DNA of 17,898 nt, taken from assembly GCF_006345805.1 (NCBI RefSeq), contig NW_021824599.1, positions 1 through 17,898 on the forward strand, in the 5' to 3' direction. The notes under the pieces are model-generated. The model saw only the letters and a program-made list of their open reading frames with translations. It had not been told where the DNA came from and searched no databases. The stretch is from Octopus sinensis (Eukaryota). The translations under genes were made by a program, and so were the position numbers. This document shows, piece by piece, positions 9,183-17,898 of this stretch (positions within the stretch are counted from its first letter, which is position 1; every line of letters starts with the position of its first letter).

Positions 9183-9601
9183 ACAAAGCAAATTATTGCA
9201 CTCAGATATATGCAGACAGTTATATAATTATCAATATGAATAATTAAATAATTAACCATATAAATTAATTTTTATGTGAACATTATCTCTCAAACATTTA
9301 GGCTTCCTGTGATCCCCACTTTCATGAAATAGTCGAATGATAGAAAATAATAGAAAGGAGAAGATCATCTTTTGTTCGATGGATTTCCACCAGATGACAG
9401 ATTTATATTTACATCTAAGTGTTACTGGTGGAGTAAATAATTTTTTGCGGGCAGTAACCAGATGCATTATTCCAATATGCTTATTCACCACAAATCGTTT
9501 TATATAGTGGCAAGGTTCCGCTTAGGATGGAAAAAGCTGATAGTTCTTAGAACTGTTCTACAACGTAGCCATGAGAAATACATAAGAAATCAGAATCTTA
9601 A

Positions 9602-9890
9602 ACATACATGCATGCATAATACATACATACATACATACATACATACATACATACATACATACATACATACATACATACATACATACCTACATACATACAT
9701 ACATGCATGTATGTATGCATACATACATACATACATAAATACATGCATACATACATATGCATTTGTGCGAGTATATGATATATAAATATATTTATCATAT
9801 ATGTATATATATATATATGTAAAGTATATATATATGTATGCTTGTATGTATGTATGTATGTATGTATGTATGTATGTGTGTATAGGCATA
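9602..9890. repeat. (TACA)n-(TA)n-(TATG)n compound microsatellite
   Basis: Directly visible. Confidence 0.95.
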
Positions 9891-10031
9891 CTTATAGATA
9901 TATGTATCTATAATCCGTAAGAGAAACAATAACAACTTGCTAGACTTTACTAAATTTCTATGTTGTTATACAAATCCCAGCGTTGGAGTTTCTCATTCTT
10001 TCTTAGAGTCCAGATCCCTCCCTCTAAGGAA

Positions 10032-10034
<3 letters not shown>

Positions 10035-10085
<51 letters not shown>
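10035..10085. repeat. Perfect (TA)n microsatellite
   Basis: Directly visible. Confidence 0.95.
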
Positions 10086-10087
<2 letters not shown>

Positions 10088-10619
10088 CCTTCGGAACGCG
10101 GGGTAGACGAAACAGGGACAACTGAAGAAGGGGAATATTCCTTGTGTTGTATGTCTTGTACACTGCTTTATGGTTTTTTGAAAAAAAGTTCGTTTCCATG
10201 TTCTTGTTTTTAGGTTTTCGTTTCTCATTGTATTCAAAGTTTGTGTGGTGTCCTGTACCCACGTATGCATGTATATATACATATAGATGTAGGTAAGTAC
10301 ATATGTGTATGTATATATGCATATATTTATATTCTATTTATGTTATTGTATATATATATATGTACATATGCTGTATACACACTGGCGTGCTTGCGTTACT
10401 TGTATATCTGTATCTGTCAAAGGACTAAATGATTTAACATTTTACATTTCACAAGTGAAATATATTACTTTTCCGAAAGGGAAGAAAACATAAGAATATA
10501 GGGGAAACGAAACCTTCCTATGAATGAGCTATGTTCATTAGTAGAGCTGAATAAAGGTTCTATAGAACAAGTCAAGTTTTAAAAAAAGAAAGCATACGAA
10601 GTTTCTATCAATCTTTATA

Positions 10620-10985
10620 AGGCACCATCATCATTCTCTCATGCATCAATCTTCATACCACTCCACCATTACTTCATTTGCTATCAATCTTTATACTCAT
10701 CCACCTCCGTTTCCCTATCTACCAGTCCTTCCGCCCCACCACCGCTACTAACAACATTATTCCTTTGGCTATGATTATTCCTATCACTCCATTGCCACTC
10801 TTCTATATCAATATTCAACCATTCCTCCACCACGTCTTCCCTGTCCGCCTATCTATCAGTTTTTACACAACTCCACAAATGCCAGCACCATTACGATAAT
10901 CACCACCACCACCACTACCACCAACAGCACCACCAAATCCACCACCAACACCTATCAAATTTTCTACCACTTCACTAGTACTTCA
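10620..10985. repeat. Eroded (CAC/CAT/TAC)n low-complexity tract
   Basis: Strongly G-depleted plus strand ending in CACCACCACCACCACTACCACCAACAGCACCACC. Confidence 0.6.
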
Positions 10986-11026
10986 ATAAGCCAATTTTCC
11001 AACAATTTCACAATTCAAAACCATCG

Positions 11027-11107
11027 TATATATGTATGTATATTTATGTATGTAAGTATGCATGAGTGTGTGTGTACACAAAATATATACATACACACAC
11101 ACACACA

Positions 11108-11148
<41 letters not shown>

Positions 11149-11324
11149 ATATATATATATATATATTCATACATACATACATACATATATTTACATGACA
11201 TATACATCTAAATACACACGTATGAGTATGTATATACATGTGTATATATTCATGTTTATATACATGTATGTGTACATTTGTGCGTAAAAGATATGCATGC
11301 ACGCATAATCATATATATACATAC

Positions 11325-11369
<45 letters not shown>

Positions 11370-11405
11370 ATATTATACACTTACACGCACATATGTACAT
11401 ATACA
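11027..11405. repeat. Compound (TA)/(CA)/(TATG) microsatellite
   Basis: Directly visible. Confidence 0.92.
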
Positions 11406-11702
11406 ATGGGAATTGACTAATTTTCTTCTTTCCTCCGGATTAAGTTCAATTTTCCAAAGCAATATTCTCTCAACTCCACAGTTTTTCTTTAACAGTGTGT
11501 ATTTCTGTCCTAGTCAATATCTCCTCCTCCTCCTCCTCTTCCTTCCCCCTCTTCTTTTCCTCCCTCCCTACTTTCTATATCTTTCTACTGAATAATTTTT
11601 TCTGTCGTGCTATTGAGGCATCTCGCAGGAGAATATTAGAAATGTAATTATGATTATGTTTTCTCCTAACCAGCCTAGACCACCCAGCACTTGCCAAATA
11701 GA

Positions 11703-11763
11703 AGTAGTAGTAGTAGTCGTAGTCGTAGTAGTAGTAGTCGTAGTAGTAGTAGTAGTAGTAGTA
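11703..11763. repeat. (GTA)n microsatellite
   Basis: Directly visible; lies at the 3' end of the minus-strand SINE. Confidence 0.95.
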
Positions 11764-11984
11764 GGTTTTTTTCTAGCATAGGCACAAGGCTTGAAATTTT
11801 GAGGGAAGGGAGGTAATCGGTTACATCGACACCAGTGTTTGACTGTTACTTTATTTCATCGACCCCTGAAAGGGTGAAAGGCAAAGTCGTCCTCGCTCGA
11901 ATTTGAATTCAGAACGCGAAGACGGACGAAAAGCCGCTATGCACTTTGCCCGGCATGCTAACGATTCTGCTAAGCTCACCGCCT

Positions 11985-11985
<1 letters not shown>
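11764..11985 (-). mobile_element. tRNA-derived SINE family A, full-length monomer with alternative 3' tail
   Basis: Reverse complement AAGGCGGTGAGCTTAGCAGAATCGTTAGCATGCCGGGC...GTTCTGAATTCAAATTC...GACTTTGCCTTTCACCCTTTCAGGGGTCGAT aligns with 297-455. Confidence 0.88.
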
Positions 11986-12035
<50 letters not shown>

Positions 12036-12096
12036 TAGTGCTGCTGCTGCTGCTGCTGCTGTTGCTGCTGTTGCTGCTGCTACTACTACTACTACT
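11986..12096. repeat. (CTA)n/(CTG)n microsatellite
   Basis: Directly visible; source of the poly-L/poly-S ORFs. Confidence 0.95.
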
Positions 12097-12294
12097 AAAT
12101 AAGGGTGGAGCACTTGCAGAAAACAGCACTGCTTGGAACCGCTCCAATACTCCGGAAGGTGCTCGAAAAATAAGGGGTGTTACCTTAGTTAACTGGTAGT
12201 GAACGGCTGACACCGTAGTACATCTCCGGCGTTAGAAGCCGTGCAACGGCAATAATAACAATTATAATAATAATATAATAATAATAATAATAAT
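12097..12294 (+). mobile_element. 3' end of an R4/Dong-clade (REL-endonuclease) LINE with (AAT)n tail
   Basis: 12099-12173 translates IRVEHLQKTALLGTAPILRKVLEK*, matching the LQK.(A/V)LLGTA.ILRKVL C-terminal signature of Dong/Rex6. ~77-nt 3' UTR, then (AAT)n from 12251. Confidence 0.82.
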
Positions 12295-12310
12295 TCTATT
12301 GATAATAAAA

Positions 12311-12311
<1 letters not shown>

Positions 12312-12353
<42 letters not shown>

Positions 12354-12368
12354 CGACGACGACGATAA
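12312..12368. repeat. (GAT)n>(GAC)n microsatellite
   Basis: Directly visible. Confidence 0.95.
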
Positions 12369-12369
12369 T

Positions 12370-12490
12370 CATTTCTACTTTAAAAACAAGGTCTAAAGTT
12401 TTGGGGAGAGGAAAGTCGTTTACATCGATTCTTAGTGCTCAACTGATACTTATTTTATCGACCTCAAAATGAAGAAAGGCAAAAGCGACT
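12370..12490 (-). mobile_element. 5'-truncated, diverged SINE family A copy
   Basis: Reverse complement GTCGCTTTTGCCTTTC...GAGGTCGATAAAATAAGTATCAGTTGAGCACT...TCGATGTAAACGACT; tail of the same type as 11764-11985. Confidence 0.75.
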
Positions 12491-12537
12491 AATAATAACA
12501 AATGCTTCTGACTAAGGAAACGAGCCAGATATTTTGA

Positions 12538-12568
12538 GTGGTGGTGGTGTTGATGGTGATGATGATGG

Positions 12569-12603
<35 letters not shown>
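12538..12603. repeat. (GGT)/(GAT)n microsatellite
   Basis: Directly visible; source of the poly-H ORF. Confidence 0.95.
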
Positions 12604-12685
12604 CATATGCCACAGGGGCGTCTGATGAGGCGAAATAACGAGCATTTCTTATATTGCCAAAAATGAGACCGAGAGGGATATTACA

Positions 12686-13268
12686 ATGATAAATTACAAA
12701 ATAATGATAATGATGATGATGATCATAATAACAATAAAAATAAAAATGATAATAATAAAAATAATAAAAATAATAATAATAATGATGATGATGATGATGA
12801 TGATGATAATAATAATAATAGTAATAATGATGATGATAATAATAATAATAGTAATAATGATGATAATAATAATAATAATAGTAATAATAATGATAATAAT
12901 AATAATAATAATGATAATCATAATAATAATAGTAATAATAATGATAATAATAATAGTAATAATAATGATAATAACAATAATAATAATAATGATAATAATA
13001 ATAATAATAATAATGATAATAATAATAATAATAATGATAATAACAATAATAATAATAATAATAATAATAATGATAATAATAATAATAATAATAATAATAG
13101 TAGCAGTAGTAGTAGTAGTAGTAATAATAATAATAGTAATAATAATAATAACAATAATGATAATAATAATAATAATAATAATAATAATAGTGGCAGTAGT
13201 AGTAGTAGTAATATTATTATTTTTATTATTATTATTATTATTAATAATAATAATAATAATAATAATAA
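12686..13268. repeat. ~580-bp (AAT)n array with GAT/AGT/AAC variants and a short inverted (ATT)n segment
   Basis: Directly visible; source of the poly-I ORFs. Confidence 0.97.
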
Positions 13269-13340
13269 AATCAAAGGGAAGCCAAAGGAAGGAAGAGAGA
13301 CGAAAATAAAAAGAAAGACGGGAAGAAGCTAAAAATAAAA

Positions 13341-13636
13341 GAATGAATGAATGAATGACTAAATGAATGATTGAATGAATGAATGAATGAATGAAGGAAA
13401 GAATGAATGAATGAAAGAAAGTGAGAGGGAAGAAAACTTTATGATCTAAAGAATTCAAAAGCATTGAAGTGTCCGACAGAATGAATATAACTCATCAGCG
13501 GTATGTTTCTATGTCAGAAGAAAGAGTCAGAGATATCGAGATCGAGATCAAGAGAGAGAGAGATAGAAAGAAAAACAGAGAGACAGAGAGAGGGTGAGAG
13601 AAAGAGAGCGAGAGAGAAGGAGAGGAGAGAGAGAGT
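13341..13636. repeat. (GAAT)n (13341-13415) and (GA)n (13550-13636) microsatellites
   Basis: Directly visible. Confidence 0.9.
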
Positions 13637-14119
13637 ATGTGTGTAAAGTTATTCAATTATCAAGCATGGAAGAAGAAGGAGGAGCTTATTTAGAAGCAGG
13701 AGACAAAAGTGGGTGGGTACAGCTGTGAAGAATAGTATTAAGAAAGGTGCTAGTCGGCAAAAGTTGCTGATAACTGTCGACAGAAATTCTAACCAGCACA
13801 GCTCACAGTTTCGATCGAGTAGATTGTTGTGACAATCTTCCTAGCAGAGAGAATGAAAGTGAAAGTAGAGTGCTAAAAACTAAAATAAATCAATATCCAT
13901 GAAGGTGTTTCATTAAAAGAAGAAAGTGAGGAGAAGCCATTAAAAGATGGCCAACACTTCTTATTCTTGAATAATATACAAATAAAAGATGATTTATCTG
14001 AAGGGTATAGCTATATACTACAATTTCGTTATAGTATTTTCCAGCATATATAATAGGAAGTAATATAAAAATGAGAATAAAATTGCACTCCCGCCCATAA
14101 AAGATAAGCGGGTGGTTTT

Positions 14120-14204
14120 ATTATATACTTATATATATATATATATATATGCCTGATACACACACATATATATGTACACGTGTTGTATGCATACATATAT
14201 ATAT

Positions 14205-14244
<40 letters not shown>

Positions 14245-14273
14245 GTGTGTGTATGTATATTATATATGTATGT

Positions 14274-14332
<59 letters not shown>

Positions 14333-14390
14333 CATACACACACATACAGACACACGACCACAAACATACACACACACACACACACACAAA
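14120..14390. repeat. Compound (TA)n/(CA)n microsatellite
   Basis: Directly visible. Confidence 0.95.
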
Positions 14391-14419
14391 TACAAGTCAC
14401 AACTTATGGTGCATTTTTC

Positions 14420-14920
14420 TACGTGTTTCGCTCATTAGACTACTGTCTTACCGGGGCTTCGCCTTGATGAATTTAGTCGAAGAAATTGACCCTAGTGTTA
14501 AGTTCTTTAGGCTTGTTTTTGTTTATGTAGTTGAGAGATATTCTTAGTAAGGAACACACTAGAATAAAACTGCTAGGTTTAGTTCTTAGACTGTGATCAT
14601 GTTGATAATCCTTACCAGTTTTTGACGATTTTAGTGACATCAGCAGTTTGTCTGGTACTTATATCAGTGTTCACATAAGATACGAAATATAAAGTGGACG
14701 TAGACCAACCGTTGTGGAACATGAATGAATTTCTCTTCGTTTGAATCGCTTCTAATACACATATACGCGCGCACGATACAGTCCCATACGGTTTCTGTCT
14801 AACAAATTTCGCTCATAAGTTATTGTTCAGTCTGAAAACATGAGAGGACGTACTGACCAAAGTATCTCGTATAACATCAAATCGTGAGGCATATACTTTC
14901 GAAGCAAATGGCTGCTTCCA
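14420..14920 (-). mobile_element. Old, heavily diverged SINE family B copy
   Basis: Patches collinear with 16440-16800: TGTTTCGCTCATTAGACT, TTTAGTCGAAGAAATTGACCCTAG, CTGGTACTTAT, GGACGTAGAC, CCGTTGT, GAAGCAA. Confidence 0.45.
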
Positions 14921-15027
14921 TAAATTCGTGTTAGCTCCAAGATTTATTTAACCGTAAGCTATTCCAGACTGGGCTGGCCTATGATCAAATATTTCTAGTC
15001 GTTAACGACACTTACTTTTAGAAATAA

Positions 15028-15417
15028 CTAGCAGTATCGCCCGGCGTTGCTCGGGTTTGTTTCGACCCTTTAGAATTGGAATTTTGAAAAGTAAAAGTTT
15101 TGCATTATGTAGCTTGTTATTCTCTTTAAGTGAACATTTTTCTGGTTGAAATACACCGAAAACTGGCGACACAGCAGTCAAAAAATCGTAAAAAATCGGG
15201 ATTTTTATAGAAAAAAAAGCACCATTTTGATGTAAATAGTTTTTGGTCTTAGCATGGTCCGATTTGAATTTTATCTGCTACGGAATGAAGAACAAGTCTT
15301 CTTCTATCATACTCTCAATTTTGGTCACCTTGCGCCGCAGGGTCTCGGAGGAGATAGTGTTAGCTTAAGGCTACCAAACCTGCCGCACATAGACAGCTTC
15401 AGCTTTATATATATAGA
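15028..15417 (-). mobile_element. Complete 390-bp non-autonomous Helitron
   Basis: Minus strand A|TCTATATATATAAAG...CCCGAGCAACGCCGGG-CGATACTG-CTAG|T: 5'-TC, GC-rich subterminal hairpin (15040-15055), CTAG-3', inserted between A and T with no TSD. Confidence 0.88.
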
Positions 15418-16028
15418 TTTACATAGGATTGCATTACTTTTCTGAGATATAGCTGCTATTTCAAGCAGGCTTCTGAAGTAATTGATAAAATTAGAAGCAA
15501 AGGAAGTAAACAATAGCTGCACCGGACATTGTTAATGCATTAAATTTTAGATCTTGCAGCATCCAGTCGCAAGTTATTTATCAAAAGGAATTTGTTTTTC
15601 TATGTAATGTAATATTGTATTATATACTGCATACAATATGCGTATCATATCTTCTAGCGGTCAGAATAGTTTTAACCAGCCGTGGTATATTGATTATGGG
15701 CCTCTTTGATCTTCCCTGATTATTCTGTTTCATCATGTTTCTCATCGTTATAGCGACAAAGACCAGAGATATTCCAGGTGTATTCAGACAGAAACTGGAG
15801 AGTAAAGAGTCACATGGAATGTTGGTTGCTTCACCAGAATGTTTTAGAAATTCTCTATATTCAAGAACACATTAATAGCATGACAACAATTTGCTCGATT
15901 TTATATGGATATGACATAATTCCGATCTGAAGTTTTAACACTATAATGCTTTATACACGCGGACATACACACACAATTACGCAGACATGTAAACACGCAG
16001 GAATACGGACACTCAAACAAATAGAAAC

Positions 16029-16172
16029 ATGTATGTATATGTGCGCGCATATGCACGCTTATATGGGGGTGTATATCAATATGTATATGTATGTGTGTGT
16101 GCGAGTGTGCATGTGTCTGTGTCAGTGTATGTTTGTGTATGTGTATGTGTATGTTATATATTATATATATAT

Positions 16173-16209
<37 letters not shown>
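16029..16209. repeat. Compound (TG)/(TATG)/(TA)n microsatellite
   Basis: Directly visible. Confidence 0.92.
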
Positions 16210-16211
<2 letters not shown>

Positions 16212-16420
16212 GTGACCGCGTCTGTATCGTTGGGGATTTTCTTTCCTCCGTCTTCCCTTCCTTGGGCCTTTCCTTTTTCTATGTTTCTGACGAAGAGCTT
16301 CACTCGAAACGTTAAATCCTCCTTTTTTCTTTCCTTCCTGAGCGTCCAATAACACCATACTTGTTCCACGTCCTCACGTTGTTGTGTTTTCTCTTTGTGC
16401 TTTCATGTTTGGATTAACTC
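16210..16420 (+). mobile_element. Short Penelope pLTR-like repeat carrying a hammerhead
   Basis: Starts at (TA)n; pyrimidine-rich leader, hammerhead at 16283-16317, T-rich 3' end. Same layout as 8507-8700. Confidence 0.65.
16283..16317 (+). ncRNA. Minimal type-I hammerhead ribozyme with canonical core
   Basis: GTTT-CTGACGA-A-GAG cttca CTC-GAAA-CG-TT-AAAT. CUGANGA and GAAA intact, G10.1-C11.1 pair, ACGU palindromic stem III, GUU site, stem I GUUU/AAAU. Confidence 0.78.
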
Positions 16421-16421
16421 T

Positions 16422-16812
16422 ATTTACTCTTTCTCTTTCACTTGTTCCAGTCATTTGACTGCGGCCATGCTGGAGCACCTACCTTTAGTCGAGCAAATGG
16501 ACCCCAGGACTTATTCTTTGTAAGCCCAGTACTTATTCTATTTTTGGTCTCTTTTTGCAGAACCGCTAAGTTACGGGAATGTAAACACACCACCATCGGT
16601 TGTCAAGCGATGTCGGGGTGACAAACACAGATACACAAGCATATACACACACATACATATACACATATGTATACATATATACGACAGGATTCTTTCAGTT
16701 TGGTCGGACCGAAGCTATAGCAGAAGACACTTGGCCAAGGTGCCACGCAGTGGGAGTGAACCCGGAACGATGTGGTTGGTAAGCAAGCTACTTACCACAC
16801 AGCCACACCTGC
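16422..16812 (-). mobile_element. tRNA-derived CORE-type SINE (family B) with internal (TG/TA)n microsatellite
   Basis: Minus strand: A box TGGCTGTGTGG (16805-16795), B box GGTTCACTCCC (16762-16752), CORE-like CCTTGGCCAAGTGTCTT, internal microsatellite 16625-16680, AG-rich tail. The 3' half is repeated at 17722-17898. Confidence 0.88.
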
Positions 16813-17279
16813 ATCTATCTATCTATATATATATGCAAATGTGTGTATACATGTATATACACACACATTTATATGAACACATATATATGTGAATGTGTGG
16901 TGGTGTGGGTCTGTGTATCTGTGTGTAAGTGTGTGTATAAAGCATACAGTGGACAATGCTTTTTGTAATACATGCACGAATAAACATAAATTAAATATCA
17001 TATCAAATACTTCACTGATTTTTGAAATTAACACTTCTTCCACTGATAGTAACATAATTGACACGTCGCAGATAAGTCAGACCAAATCAAAATAAGAGGA
17101 ATGATCTCAAAAATGAAGAATTTTTCAAAAGTAACATGACATTAAGGAATTAAAAATTTTGATTGTCTGGTAAAAAAAGACGACAGATGTTTTCATGTTT
17201 TCGCATCAGTTGGTATCATCAACACGTCAAGTGTTTTCTTCTGTCTTTTGCAGTCGAGATAGAGTGACAAGTACACCCG

Positions 17280-17283
17280 TACG

Positions 17284-17344
<61 letters not shown>

Positions 17345-17345
17345 C
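17280..17345. repeat. (CA)n microsatellite
   Basis: Directly visible. Confidence 0.95.
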
Positions 17346-17490
17346 CACGCGAACATGGTTGTAGATGTAAGTATTAAAAAATGACAGTGGAGCACGTTTA
17401 TTGCTTCGGTAATTTGCATGATTCAACCGAAAATGAGATCAGAGAAAAAACACTCAAAATGGCCATTGGTACCTATGACAAAAGCTAATT

Positions 17491-17636
17491 CATACACACA
17501 CGCACACATACATACACACATGCATACATACATACATACATACATACATACATACATACATACATACATACATACATACATACATACATACATACGTTTA
17601 TGCATGTTTTACATACATAAGCACGCACGCACATAC
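17491..17636. repeat. (CATA)n microsatellite
   Basis: Directly visible. Confidence 0.95.
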
Positions 17637-17640
17637 AACT

Positions 17641-17693
17641 CTGCACCACCTGTCTTCGTCTTTTGTTGTTTTTTTTTTGTGAATTCTCCCCCT
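17641..17693 (+). mobile_element. 3' stub of the 8507-8700 pLTR-like repeat
   Basis: 20-bp exact match of 17648-17667 to 8676-8695. Confidence 0.55.
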
Positions 17694-17721
17694 ATATTTA
17701 TGCATACATATTTATACATAT

Positions 17722-17898
17722 TCCTTTATTCTTTTGTTTCAGCCATTTGACTGGAGCCAAGCTGGAGCACCGCCTTTAGTCGAGGAAATCTTATTCTTTG
17801 TAAGCCTAGTACTTATTCTATCGGTCTCTTATGCCGAACCGCTACGTTACGGGGACGTAAACACGCCAGCATCAGTTGTCAAGCGATGTTAGGTGAGG
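17722..17898 (-). mobile_element. SINE family B, 3' half (runs off window edge)
   Basis: Aligns with 16430-16620 (CATTTGACTG, GCTGGAGCACC, CTTATTCTTTGTAAGCC, GAACCGCTA.GTTACGGG, GTTGTCAAGCGATGT). Confidence 0.88.

Noticed and set aside
13640-13930. Promoter or regulatory region next to (GA)n with a CAGCTG E-box
   Set aside because: Short motifs expected by chance; no linked gene visible.
17126-17138. CAAAAGTAACATG match to the hammerhead inverted repeat
   Set aside because: Only 13 bp in AT-rich DNA and flanks do not align.

Overview
AT-rich, microsatellite-saturated eukaryotic non-coding DNA (intergenic or intronic). The repeat families resemble those I recall from Octopus/cephalopod genomes; that attribution is inference, not a search result. 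No intact host gene is supportable, and nearly all listed ORFs are translations of simple repeats. The window is a mosaic of decayed mobile elements: two tRNA-derived SINE families (one copy a dimer with a 14-bp TSD), an RTE LINE remnant, a Gypsy LTR-retrotransposon deletion derivative, a CR1-group LINE remnant, an R4/Dong LINE 3' end and a complete 390-bp non-autonomous Helitron. The most interesting signal is RNA-structural: four minimal type-I hammerhead ribozyme motifs of the Penelope pLTR type. Two carry a compensated U3-A8 core and sit at the outer ends of a ~140-bp inverted repeat that brackets a ~2.2-kb composite unit (6927-9118) flanked by (TA)n.
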